This document shows, piece by piece, positions 39,680 through 49,914 of a stretch of DNA of 64,000 bases. The DNA lies in contig CAXXDQ010000008.1 in the NCBI GenBank assembly GCA_963664325.2, positions 160,001-224,000 of the forward strand, read 5' to 3'. The notes under the pieces are model-generated. The model was not told where the DNA came from, made no database searches, and was given only the letters and a program-made list of their open reading frames with translations. Within the stretch, counting starts at the first letter, position 1, and the number at the start of each line of letters is the position of its first letter. Source of the DNA: Desulfomonilia bacterium (GTDB lineage: Bacteria; Desulfobacterota; Desulfomonilia; UBA1062). The position numbers were made by a program, and so were the translations under genes.

Positions 39680-42271
39680 ATGGGACTGTCGGCAAGGGTT
39701 ACTACCGGTATTGAGGGGCTCGATAATATAATCGACGGCCTCAGGATGGGAGACAATGTCGTCTGGCAGATTGAAGACATAAACAATTACAAAAAACTTG
39801 CGGAAGCTTTTGTAAAAAGTGCCATAAATGAAAAAAGACATGTCGTTTACATGAGATTCGGCCATCACGATCCTTTGTTTACATCAGGCGACGGGTTGAA
39901 AATCTATACGCTGAATCCGGACATAGGTTTTGAAGGGTTCTCATCAGAAGTACATAAAATAATAACAAAAGAGGGCCGGGACGTCTTTTACGTTTTCGAC
40001 AGCCTCTCCGATCTGCTGTCTTCTTGGGCGACTGATCTGATGATTGGCAATTTCTTTTTTATAACATGCCCCTATCTCTTTGATCTGAATACTGTCGCCT
40101 ATTTTGCACTTCTGCAAAACCGCCATTCGCACCACACGATTGCCAGAATAAGAGAGACCACGCAGCTCCTCATGGATGTGCACAGCACCGGAAAGGATTT
40201 GTATGTGCACCCCTTGAAGGTATGGAAAAGGTATTCGCCGACCATGTTCCTGCCTCATATGAAGGACGGGGATGCATTTGTTCCGATTACAAGAAGCCTT
40301 GACGCCTCCCGCCTGCTGTCACAGATATCCCGGAGATGGGATGAATCCACAAGAAGACAGCTCGATTACTGGGACAGGCTTTTCCTTCAGGCGGAAGAGA
40401 TGCAGACAAGGGATGTCAGCCCCGATGAAAAGAAAGAGATGATAGACCAGTTGTGCAGGATCATGCTGGTAAGGGAACCCCAAATGCTTGGCCTCGCCAG
40501 GGATCATTTCACGCTCGAGGACCTGCTGCAGATTAAAACCAGATTGATCGGAACTGGATATATCGGCGGCAAAACAGTGGGGATGCTGCTTGCAAGAAAG
40601 ATCCTCACGACAGATACCAGGATCGGGTTTGAACAGTATTTTGAACCACATGACTCCTTTTTTATAGGCTCGGATGTCTTTTATACCTATATTGTTCAGA
40701 ACGGCTGGTGGAAGCTGAGGATGAAGCAGAAGACAAAGGAGGGCTATCTAAAGGTCGCAAGAGAACTGAAGAATAAAATGGCTAAGGGCGTTTTCCCGGA
40801 CGAAGTCAAGGAGCAATTCTTACAGGTAATCGAATATTTCGGGCAGTCTCCCATAATAATCAGGTCTTCTTCCCTGCTCGAGGATTCCTTCGGCCATGCA
40901 TTTGCAGGGAAGTACGAAAGCTTTTTCTGCGCAAATCAGGGTACGCCCGAGGAGAGGTATGTCCAGTTCGAAGAAACGGTCAGAAAGGTTTACGCATCAA
41001 CGATGAATGAGGATGCGCTTATTTACAGGAGACAGCGCGGCCTGGAGGATCATGACGAGCAGATGGCGTTACTTGTGCAGCGTGTTTCCGGGGCTCACAG
41101 GAAAGATTACTTCTTCCCGGACCTTGCCGGCGTGGGTATGTCCTATAATACATTTGTCTGGAACAAGGGGATGAATCCCGCTGCCGGCATGCTGAGGCTG
41201 GTCCTCGGGCTCGGTACGCGCGCAGTAAACCGCATCGAAAATGACTATCCGAGAATGGTGGCCCTTGATGAACCCTTGCTGAGACCTCATGCGGGGATGA
41301 AGGATTTGAGAACCTACTCGCAGAGGAATGTCGATCTGATCAATATAAGGGAAAATGCATTTCAGACGGTAACGCTCATAAAGATGTTTGAGGAAAAGGT
41401 TGACATCCCGTTTGAAAAAATTGCCGCTCCTGATTATGAGATGACGGAAATACTGAGGAAGACAAGAGGAGAGGATATTGAGTCCTGGCTCCTGACTTTT
41501 GATAACCTGTTCACTGATACATCTTTTGTCAAGGTAATGCACGGCCTGTTGAAGAACCTTGAGAAGGCATACAGCTATCCTCTGGAGATCGAGTTTACGG
41601 TAAATTTCAATGAAGTGGGCGATTTCAGGATCAACCTGCTCCAGTGCAGGCCGCTGCAGGTCATAGGCATTGAAAAAAATATAAAGTTTCCAGAGAGGAT
41701 AAGTTCAGAAAAAGTAATTTTCAGTATGAACGGAAACTTTATGGGCGGCAGTATCGTTCAGCCGGTAAACAGGGTGATTTTCATACAGCCTGAGGCCTAC
41801 AGCGCCCTTCATCAGCATGAAAAATACGAGGTGGCGAGGATTATAGGCGATCTGAACAGAACGATAGAAAACAGGGATGACATGCCCACAATGCTTCTGG
41901 GTCCGGGCAGATGGGGCACAACAACACCGGCCCTCGGTATCCCGGTCCATTTCTCCGAGATAAACAACATGGCTGTTCTTGGTGAGATTGCCCATCTTGA
42001 CGGCAATCTCATGCCCGAACTTTCTTACGGAACGCATTTTTTTCAGGACCTTGTTGAGAACAGGATATTCTATGTGGCGATCTTCCCCTGGGAGGAAGAT
42101 GTTATTTTCAACAGCAAGAGGCTTTTAAAGGGCAGGAGCATCTTGAGCAGGATTCTGCCGGATGCGAAAAAATATAAAGATGTAATAAAGGTCTTTGAGA
42201 CAGCTGGTTCCGGACTTAATGTGGTCTCGGATGTGGTAACACAAAGGATCATGTGTTTCTTCAGAAGCTGA
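39680..42271 (+). CDS. PEP synthase/PPDK N-terminal (ATP-grasp) domain protein with a KaiC/RecA-like N-terminus
   Basis: N-terminal TTGIEGLD.IIDGL..GDNVVW; GYIGGK..G, IIRSSSLLED....FAGKY, MA.LVQ, GLG, EIEF, LLQCRP; C-terminal GPGRWG and GTHFFQ. Confidence 0.8.
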   Translation: MGLSARVTTGIEGLDNIIDGLRMGDNVVWQIEDINNYKKLAEAFVKSAINEKRHVVYMRFGHHDPLFTSGDGLKIYTLNPDIGFEGFSSEVHKIITKEGRDVFYVFDSLSDLLSSWATDLMIGNFFFITCPYLFDLNTVAYFALLQNRHSHHTIARIRETTQLLMDVHSTGKDLYVHPLKVWKRYSPTMFLPHMKDGDAFVPITRSLDASRLLSQISRRWDESTRRQLDYWDRLFLQAEEMQTRDVSPDEKKEMIDQLCRIMLVREPQMLGLARDHFTLEDLLQIKTRLIGTGYIGGKTVGMLLARKILTTDTRIGFEQYFEPHDSFFIGSDVFYTYIVQNGWWKLRMKQKTKEGYLKVARELKNKMAKGVFPDEVKEQFLQVIEYFGQSPIIIRSSSLLEDSFGHAFAGKYESFFCANQGTPEERYVQFEETVRKVYASTMNEDALIYRRQRGLEDHDEQMALLVQRVSGAHRKDYFFPDLAGVGMSYNTFVWNKGMNPAAGMLRLVLGLGTRAVNRIENDYPRMVALDEPLLRPHAGMKDLRTYSQRNVDLINIRENAFQTVTLIKMFEEKVDIPFEKIAAPDYEMTEILRKTRGEDIESWLLTFDNLFTDTSFVKVMHGLLKNLEKAYSYPLEIEFTVNFNEVGDFRINLLQCRPLQVIGIEKNIKFPERISSEKVIFSMNGNFMGGSIVQPVNRVIFIQPEAYSALHQHEKYEVARIIGDLNRTIENRDDMPTMLLGPGRWGTTTPALGIPVHFSEINNMAVLGEIAHLDGNLMPELSYGTHFFQDLVENRIFYVAIFPWEEDVIFNSKRLLKGRSILSRILPDAKKYKDVIKVFETAGSGLNVVSDVVTQRIMCFFRS

Positions 42272-42482
42272 GTTGTCCTCAGGTTGAATATTTACGCATT
42301 TAATGAGCGTGCACCGGATCCATGTTGTCCATGTTGACAGGGGCAAGCCCCTTTTTCTTAGTAGGGATGTTCCAAGTTTGTATAACTGATATATTGACAG
42401 TGAATTCTTAATAATTATTATTAATAAATTACGGCATATTATGACAATATAACATAATACAAACCAATCTTCGGGGGCAATT

Positions 42483-43304
42483 ATGAAAAAATTAGCGTGT
42501 CTGGCGGTTATCGGTATCTTATTCTGCATCACATGTGCCTCTATTGCATGGTCTCTCACTCTGACTGGTAAAATCTTGGATGTCGAATCAGGGAATGCAA
42601 TACCCAACGCAACGGTTGATCTGTGGGATTATTCCTTACAGCCGAAACAATCGTTTACGAGCACTGCGGACGGATCATACCTGTTCAGCGGGCTCATATA
42701 CGGAGGGCATTATCATCTGATCGGTTCCTGCACGGGTTATATCGATACGAGTTCTAGTACATTGAACCCTTATGACAACATAAACGATCTCATCCTTGAT
42801 CTTGTGCAAACGGCGCGGTTGTCTGACCTGTTGCCGAGCATTGATACAGCAGCAGGATATGTTTTCGGCCATATCAATGCAGTGAACGCCATGGATACGG
42901 GCGTTGAAGGTGTTACCATAACCGTTACGGACACCGAAGGCCAATCCATCACAGATGCGATGGTCGTCTATCTCGATGAAAACCATATCCCATCGGGAAA
43001 AAACTATACTTCCTCAAGCGGCTTCTTTGTCATTTACATACCCGCCGATGAACTTGGCACCCATACCAATTTGCCGGTAGGGTACCCGACCACATTCAAG
43101 GATATTAACATCGCAGGCCAGCGCGATGGCTGGGTCATAGCGTCGGGACCATGGACGCGGGTATTCCGCTTCAGCAGCACGGAACGGAATATTGTGACTA
43201 TGTACGACACAACGGGGGAAGCTCTAAGTAGTGGTGACTCAAGTTCCAGTGATGAAAGCGGAAGTGGTGGAGGAGGCGGCTGTTTTATATCCACGGCTCT
43301 TTAA
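42483..43304 (+). CDS. Secreted carboxypeptidase-regulatory-like domain protein with C-terminal GGGGGCFI motif
   Basis: Signal peptide; G.I.D.ESG.AI.NATV.L...T.ADGSY.F; ends SGGGGGCFISTAL. Confidence 0.75.
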   Translation: MKKLACLAVIGILFCITCASIAWSLTLTGKILDVESGNAIPNATVDLWDYSLQPKQSFTSTADGSYLFSGLIYGGHYHLIGSCTGYIDTSSSTLNPYDNINDLILDLVQTARLSDLLPSIDTAAGYVFGHINAVNAMDTGVEGVTITVTDTEGQSITDAMVVYLDENHIPSGKNYTSSSGFFVIYIPADELGTHTNLPVGYPTTFKDINIAGQRDGWVIASGPWTRVFRFSSTERNIVTMYDTTGEALSSGDSSSSDESGSGGGGGCFISTAL

Positions 43305-43348
43305 GTATAGTCTCACGCGGCTGACAAGAAGATAATTCCGTTTTTTGC

Positions 43349-43377
43349 GAAGGCATGGGAAAATATTCCATGCCTTC
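43349..43377. terminator. Hairpin between convergent genes
   Basis: GAAGGCATGG-9 nt-CCATGCCTTC. Confidence 0.55.
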
Positions 43378-43445
43378 TGCCTGTCCTGGTTAACACTGAC
43401 TCATGAAGAATCAGGTCAGAGATCTCTGTGTTATGGTTTTATAAA

Positions 43446-44438
43446 TCAAAAAACACCGGCAGCCTTTTTCAATTCAACCAGCAGGTTGTCCTCAACATCT
43501 ATCATGCCGGATTCAAGACGCTGCCTGGCAAGGGCGCTTTCCTTTTCACCGGGAAGGAATATCTCGTCAATACCTGGAAGCCTTTTTGATGACTTCACCT
43601 TCAGTATGATTTCTGAAACGTTTTTCTTGAACCGGTCCTCTCCGTTCAGGAGTTCAGGGTCCACGGCCAGGAGGAGATGGCCCCAGTTGCCTTTGCTGTT
43701 TCCTATACCGCAGAATGCCGCCCCTGTAAGCGGGCCAGCAAGTATCTCTGTAATAAGCGCAAGTCCCGAGCCCTTGTAGCTCCGGTCAAAGGAGCGGATT
43801 GCCCCTGCAATTGCCTTTTTGGGGTCCGTTGTCGGTTCGCCATCGGCATCGTAGGCGATATCGTCTGGAATGCTCCTGCCTGCGGTTACCGCTTCGACAA
43901 GCCCGAAAAATGAGGTCGCGGCAGTTGACATGTCCAGGACAATGGGGTCAGGTTCGGCGGGAATCGCGACTGCTATCGGATTTGTGCCGAACACAGGCTC
44001 ATACGAGCCGTAAGCCGCCACCCTTTCTGGTGACCTGCTGAATACAAAACCGACAAATCCCTTAAGTGCAAGGCGGGATGCATAATAGCCGATAGCCCCG
44101 GAAGATGTGCTTGTGTTGAATGTGCCTGCAATGGCCAATCCGGATTTCCCGGCTTTTTCCATTACACAGCCGAGGGCTTTTTCCATCACGATCATTGCAT
44201 GGTTCTGATTGCCGTTGATCTGCGCCGAAACGGGGGACTCCTTTTCGATTGTTATCCCACCGGCATTCATATTTTTCGGTATCCCCTTGTCGATGAGCTT
44301 GACCACACCCTGATTGTTGTCTCTCATCTGTGCGTACAGCAGGACATCCCTGATGATCTTAACCTCGTCATCATTGTAGCCGTACTTTCTGATGGCAGCT
44401 TCTGTAATATTCACAAGTTCTGCAATCGATATTTTCAT
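43446..44438 (-). CDS. Ldh_2 family (type 2 malate/L-lactate/imine) NAD(P)H oxidoreductase
   Basis: FGTNPIA.AIP, LDMST, D.DG.PTTDP, YKGSGL, LPGE. Confidence 0.88.
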   Translation of the reverse strand: MKISIAELVNITEAAIRKYGYNDDEVKIIRDVLLYAQMRDNNQGVVKLIDKGIPKNMNAGGITIEKESPVSAQINGNQNHAMIVMEKALGCVMEKAGKSGLAIAGTFNTSTSSGAIGYYASRLALKGFVGFVFSRSPERVAAYGSYEPVFGTNPIAVAIPAEPDPIVLDMSTAATSFFGLVEAVTAGRSIPDDIAYDADGEPTTDPKKAIAGAIRSFDRSYKGSGLALITEILAGPLTGAAFCGIGNSKGNWGHLLLAVDPELLNGEDRFKKNVSEIILKVKSSKRLPGIDEIFLPGEKESALARQRLESGMIDVEDNLLVELKKAAGVF

Positions 44439-44480
44439 GATTCATTCCCCCGTATATAATCTTGCTTCAATCCTGGCATT

Positions 44481-46148
44481 TCATTTGTAGCTGTCTTTAT
44501 GCACATCCTTGACAGCACGTCCGGAAGGGTCGATCATCTTGGCAAAGGCTTCATCCCACTTGATAGCCGTCGGCGTGGAGCAGGCGACCGAGGGTCCTTC
44601 GGGAACGCAGCGGGCCGAGCTGTCCAGCGGGAAGAATTCCTGAAAAATGGCGCGGTAATAATAAGCCTCTTTCGTAACCGGAGTATTTATCGGAAAGCGG
44701 TAACGGGCGTTTTCCATCTGGGTGTCGCTGACCGCATTCGCCGCAACCTCGCGCAAAGTGTCTATCCATCTGTAGCCGACCCCGTCGGAAAACTGCTCCT
44801 TCTGCCTCCAGGCTACTTCAGGGGGCAGATAATCCTCAAACGCCTTCCTGAGGATATGCTTTTCAATCCTGCCGTCTTTGCACATCTTGTCCTCCGGGTT
44901 GAGCCGCATAGCCACATCCATGAATTCCTTGTCCAGGAACGGAACGCGCCCTTCAACTCCCCAGGCGGCCAGGGATTTGTTGGCTCTCAGGCAGTCGTAT
45001 TTGCTAAGCATGGACAGCTTTCTTACCGTCTCCTCGTGAAATTCTTTAGAATCCGGGGCCTTGTGGAAATAAAGGTATCCGCCGAAAATTTCATCGGCGC
45101 CTTCTCCCGACAGAACCATCTTGACGCCCATTGACTTGATCTTTCTGGACATAAGATACATTGGCGTTGAAGCCCTTATAGTCGTCACATCATAGGTTTC
45201 TATGTGATAGATTACATCACGTATTGCATCCAGGCCTTCCTGAACGGTAAAGGTGAAATTGTGGTGGATTGAACCTATATGCTCAGCCACTTTCTGTGCT
45301 GCCGCAAGGTCTGGAGAGCCTTCCAGTCCTATGGCAAATGAATGCAACTGCGGCCACCAAGCATCCTTGAGACCCCCGGTTTCAACCCTTTTTGCGGAAT
45401 ATTTTTTCGCGACAGCCGAAACTATCGAACTGTCGAGGCCTCCTGAAAGCAGGACTCCGTAAGGGACATCTGACATCAACTGGCGCTCTACCGCTTCCTC
45501 CAGGGCCCTGTGAAGGTCTTTGATGCTGGTCTTGTTGTTCTTCACATTGCCGTATTCCATCCAGTCCCTTTTGTACCATTCAACCGGAGCTCCATCCCTG
45601 CTGAAAAGGTAATGGCCCGGAGGAAACTCCTCAACCGTGTTGCAAACGCCCATAAGGGCCTTCATTTCAGAGGAGACGAAGAAATTGCCATGATCGTCGC
45701 GGCCGGTGTAAAGAGGGATTATTCCTATATGGTCGCGGCCGATCATATATAAGTCATTTTCGCTGTCATAAAGGACAAACGCGAAGATGCCGTTCAAATC
45801 CTCCAGGAAATCGAAACCCTTCTGTCTGTAAAGCGCCAGGATGATCTCGCAGTCGGATTCTGTCAGGAAATTGTATGGTTCCTTAAGCGTCTTTTTAAGG
45901 TCCTTGTGGTTGTAGATCTCACCATTTACAGCTAGGGCAAGCTTCCCATCGTCTGAATAAAGCGGCTGGGCGCCTTTGTTTACATCGACGATTGAAAGCC
46001 TTTCATGAGCGAGTATTGCTTTTTCGCTCACATATATGCCGCTCCAGTCAGGGCCGCGGTGGCGCATTTTTCGGCTCATCTCAAGGGCCTTCACCCTGAG
46101 CTCCTTTGCATCCGTCTTGATGTCTAAAATTCCCAGTATCGAGCACAT
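44481..46148 (-). CDS. asnB: Asparagine synthetase B (glutamine-hydrolysing)
   Basis: MCSI, RHRGPDWSG, HERLSIVD, NGEIYNH, LLSGGLDSS, ETYDVTTIRAS, SGEGADE, RQKEQFSDGVG, DPSGR. Confidence 0.97.
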   Translation of the reverse strand: MCSILGILDIKTDAKELRVKALEMSRKMRHRGPDWSGIYVSEKAILAHERLSIVDVNKGAQPLYSDDGKLALAVNGEIYNHKDLKKTLKEPYNFLTESDCEIILALYRQKGFDFLEDLNGIFAFVLYDSENDLYMIGRDHIGIIPLYTGRDDHGNFFVSSEMKALMGVCNTVEEFPPGHYLFSRDGAPVEWYKRDWMEYGNVKNNKTSIKDLHRALEEAVERQLMSDVPYGVLLSGGLDSSIVSAVAKKYSAKRVETGGLKDAWWPQLHSFAIGLEGSPDLAAAQKVAEHIGSIHHNFTFTVQEGLDAIRDVIYHIETYDVTTIRASTPMYLMSRKIKSMGVKMVLSGEGADEIFGGYLYFHKAPDSKEFHEETVRKLSMLSKYDCLRANKSLAAWGVEGRVPFLDKEFMDVAMRLNPEDKMCKDGRIEKHILRKAFEDYLPPEVAWRQKEQFSDGVGYRWIDTLREVAANAVSDTQMENARYRFPINTPVTKEAYYYRAIFQEFFPLDSSARCVPEGPSVACSTPTAIKWDEAFAKMIDPSGRAVKDVHKDSYK

Positions 46149-46248
46149 TTGGTTACTCCTTCAGTTTGTGTTGAGCTGACAAGCCGTCAAGCGTAATCAT
46201 GATATTTTTTCGGCTTCATGGCTTGTCTCCGCTCATAAGCCCTCTCTT

Positions 46249-46641
<393 letters not shown>

Positions 46642-46791
46642 TTACCGGCACATGTGACAGAGTATGTCTGCGGGCTTTTTCTTCGCCCCAGGCTATATAA
46701 ACAAAACGAAATGCTCGGGATACTATTTCCTCCATTCCATTACTGCATCTCCCTGAATACCAAATAGAATTATTTTTTATTTGCATATCAT

Positions 46792-48021
46792 TTAACTGCT
46801 GTAAGCGGTTTCACTGTGTTCGCTCAAATCCATGCCCATTACCTCGGATTCTGGTGTGAGCCTCAGGCCAATGAATTTATCGATTATCTTCAGAAGCAGC
46901 CAGCTTGCTATGAACACGAATGCCCCTACTGCTGCAACCGCCAGTGCCTGAACACCGAGAAGCGAAAGGTTGCCGTTTATGAGGCCGTCTGCACCGGCAG
47001 GATTTATGGCTTTTGATGCGAAGATTCCCACACATATGCTGCCGATAACCCCGCCGAACCCGTGTATGCCGACTACATCGAGACTGTCGTCATACCCGAG
47101 CCTGGATTTTACGGACACCGCTGCATAGCATGCACCGCCAGCCAGAAGGCCGATTATCACAGCCGAATTCGGACCTACAAAACCTGATGCCGGAGTGATG
47201 GTAGCAAGGCCTGCCACAGCACCTGAGGCTGCGCCGAGCGTTGTCGGTTTGCCTCGGTGAAGCCATTCAACAGCAACCCACATTGCCATTCCGGCCATCC
47301 CTCCCAGGTGTGTAGCAATATAGGCATTTCCAGCTACAGCATTGGCCGCCAGGGCGCTGCCGCCGTTGAAACCGAACCAGCCGAACCAGAGCAGGCCTGT
47401 ACCGATAAGGGTCATGGGCAGATTATGGGGAATGAACTTTTCATGGCCGTAACCCTTCCTTACACCTGTAACGACTGCAGCTGCAAGGGCGGCTGCACCG
47501 CAGGATAGATGGACTACAAGCCCGCCGGCGAAATCCAGCACACCCATATTTTTCAGCCACCCTCCTGCACCCCATACCCAATGGCATACCGGATTATACA
47601 CTAAAACAGCCCAGAGAATGCTGAAAAGAAGGAATGGACCGAACCTTATTCTTTCAGCAAATGTACCGGTTATGAGTGCAGGGGTAATTACCGCGAACAT
47701 GCACTGGAAGATCATAAATACATTGTGTGGAATCGTGGCTGCATAATCAGGATTTGGTGCCGATGATACACCGCGGAGGCCGATCCATGAGAAGTTTCCG
47801 ATAAAACCAGCGATATCAGGTCCGAATGAAAGGGAATATCCCAGATAAACCCATTCCAATGTTATCAGTGAAATCATTATAAAGCTCTGCATGATTGTGC
47901 CAAGGACGTTCTTGCCTCTCACCATGCCAGCGTAGAATATTGCAAGACCCGGCACCATGAGCATAACCAGGGCGGATGACAAGAGGACAAAAGCCGTGTC
48001 GGCTGACTGAATATGTTCCAT
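46792..48021 (-). CDS. amtB: Ammonium transporter
   Basis: DTAFVL.S.ALV..M.PGLA.FY.G, FQ.MFA.IT, DFAGG.VVH, WFGWFGFNGGS, DDSLDV.G.HG; start at the ATG after SD GGAGG. Confidence 0.96.
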   Translation of the reverse strand: MEHIQSADTAFVLLSSALVMLMVPGLAIFYAGMVRGKNVLGTIMQSFIMISLITLEWVYLGYSLSFGPDIAGFIGNFSWIGLRGVSSAPNPDYAATIPHNVFMIFQCMFAVITPALITGTFAERIRFGPFLLFSILWAVLVYNPVCHWVWGAGGWLKNMGVLDFAGGLVVHLSCGAAALAAAVVTGVRKGYGHEKFIPHNLPMTLIGTGLLWFGWFGFNGGSALAANAVAGNAYIATHLGGMAGMAMWVAVEWLHRGKPTTLGAASGAVAGLATITPASGFVGPNSAVIIGLLAGGACYAAVSVKSRLGYDDSLDVVGIHGFGGVIGSICVGIFASKAINPAGADGLINGNLSLLGVQALAVAAVGAFVFIASWLLLKIIDKFIGLRLTPESEVMGMDLSEHSETAYSS

Positions 48022-48054
48022 GTAAAAACACCTCCGGAGGGTTTTATATGGTAA

Positions 48055-48070
48055 AGCAACTGGAATGCCA
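48055..48070 (-). promoter_or_regulatory. Sigma-54 promoter of amtB-glnK(-asnB)
   Basis: Minus strand TGGCATTCCAGTTGCT. Confidence 0.85.
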
Positions 48071-48133
48071 GATATGCATGATTCATAACCACAGGTTAAT
48101 AAAACATTTTTTTGGCAAAAAACTTTAAGGAAT

Positions 48134-48217
48134 GGCACATATTTGTATATTTTCAAGATGCTGAAACAATAATGTGAATTAAATAATAAAAGATTGATTA
48201 AATTTGCAAAATATTGT
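48134..48217. promoter_or_regulatory. Shared candidate enhancer sites between divergent sigma-54 promoters
   Basis: ACATATTTGT (48137), ACAATAATGT (48166), imperfect AAAATATTGT (48208). Confidence 0.55.
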
Positions 48218-48287
48218 TTGACTGAAATACGTTTAAATACCCATTAATTTCATCGGCATATTTTTGCAACCTTTTATTATATGCCAT

Positions 48288-48303
48288 TGGCACAGGGATT
48301 GCT
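48288..48303 (+). promoter_or_regulatory. Sigma-54 promoter of the archaeal-type asparagine synthetase gene
   Basis: TGGCACAGGGATTGCT, near consensus. Confidence 0.87.
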
Positions 48304-48385
48304 TTTCTATTGTATGAAATCAGGTTGAGATAACTGAACTTAAAAAGCAGACCGCAATTGCGGCTGAAAAAAACAGGAGGATTTT

Positions 48386-49610
48386 ATGACTTTTATCGGC
48401 GAAGATCTGTTCCATTTCCAGGCGTCACTTATTCAGCAGGGCTCTTCTTTTGAAGAGTTCATAAGAGAAAACTACATCAACAAGTGGGTCGGCGATGCGT
48501 TATATGCCGCTATGAATGTGCGCACCACTATGGTGACCGCTGTTCATAATTTCCTGGAAAATGAAGGCCTCCTGAATCTTGAAAGGGTTCAGATGAGCCC
48601 GATTACAGACCCTCTTGCCCATGATGTTGAGCATGTGCCCGTAATCCATTACAAGGGTATGCCATACGTGACAACGCATTCGATGATTTACCATAAGTTC
48701 ATGGCATGTTTTAACCCCAGGTTCAAAGGAATATTTGTTGATTCTCCGAATGTCAGGCTTGAAATAGAAAGTCCGCAGAGAAAACAGCGCGGAAAATATC
48801 TGATAGATTTTTCACAGGTAGACATTGAAGTCAAACGTGGACAGGGCCATCGACTTCGAAACATACAAAAATGAGCCTGAAAAAGTTAAGGTATTACTCC
48901 GTGAGGATCTGGAAAAAGCGTATGATTTTTTTGAAAGGATGCTTATTCATGCTGTCAAGGCGGTAATTGAAAAGAATGAAGATGATCTGAAGGCATTGGA
49001 TGTTACAATTGATGTACCGACCCAACCGTTTCCAAAACTCAGGAACGACGAGATTATGAAGAAGTACGGCAAGGCAGGAGCAGAGACAGGTGCAGGAGAG
49101 GATGCCGGTTCACAGTTCTTCTGGATAATAGGCCTTATGCGCGAAAACTATGACCTTATTTACCCGTACATTCACAAGGACGGCAGCAAAACCCCGATTT
49201 CATCATTCAGCTCTGATATGATTTACAATTACGATATCTGCGTAAGGGCGAAAAGCCGGTCTACAGGGAAATATATGCCTGCCCTTGAGATTCTCTCCGG
49301 TGCGGTCCGCGAATGGCTTTACGAGCCTATTGTTGAGAGACTCATTGACAACAAGGTAATAGTGGAAAGGCCGGTGTTCAAGGACGGCAATATAACCAAT
49401 ATAGATATACTTGACGGGTACGGGCCTTTCCTTGCAACCGTCAACATGAAGGACGCTTCCGGCAAGCCCTATTTCCCTGATACCTTCGGTGGCGGATTGG
49501 GGGTTGAGCGTCTCCTCTATGGACTCCTCAGGGGCAGCAAGATCGAGAAGATCGACGACGTTACGTTCTTTGGCAAAAACCCGGATTCCTTCCCGATATT
49601 CCTTTTCTAG
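48386..49610 (+). CDS. Archaeal-type ammonia-dependent asparagine synthetase (AsnRS2/AS-AR-like aaRS paralog; frameshift ~48840)
   Basis: SPITDPL.HDV, THSMIYHK, IF..SPNVRLE, DFSQVDIE, NYD, EILSGA.RE, GGGLGVERL; no anticodon-binding OB domain. Confidence 0.78.
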
Positions 49611-49616
49611 CATAAA

Positions 49617-49654
49617 AGGCAGGAGGAGGCAGATGCCTCTTCCTGTGCCTGTTT
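49617..49654 (+). terminator. Probable terminator
   Basis: Imperfect stem AGGCAGGAGGAGGCA-GA-TGCCTCTTCCTGTGCCT followed by GTTT. Confidence 0.5.
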
Positions 49655-49914
49655 AATAGCCCTTGCCGGTAAATAATGGCATCGGTAATATATATTCCTT
49701 GGGATTTCCATGATGGTTATATCAATAACGATATAGAATTCCCTCTCGAATAAGCGCCGGCTGTCACAGTTTATGCAATATTGTGTTGGGAATTATCTGC
49801 ATTGAAACCCCTTCGACATGCTGGTTTTCCGGTATTATAATTTCTGCAGCTTGTGAGTGATTTTCTGCTGTGGTAAAAAAGCATTGTAACAGCATGATTT
49901 GATGGTGAGGTTTA

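Noticed and set aside
48022-48156. N-terminal extension of the amtB ORF
   Set aside because: Covers the sigma-54 promoter; the SD supports ATG 48021.
48254-48268. CGGCATATTTTTGCA as an extra sigma-54 promoter
   Set aside because: The GG-GC spacing is one base short, and a better site lies at 48288.
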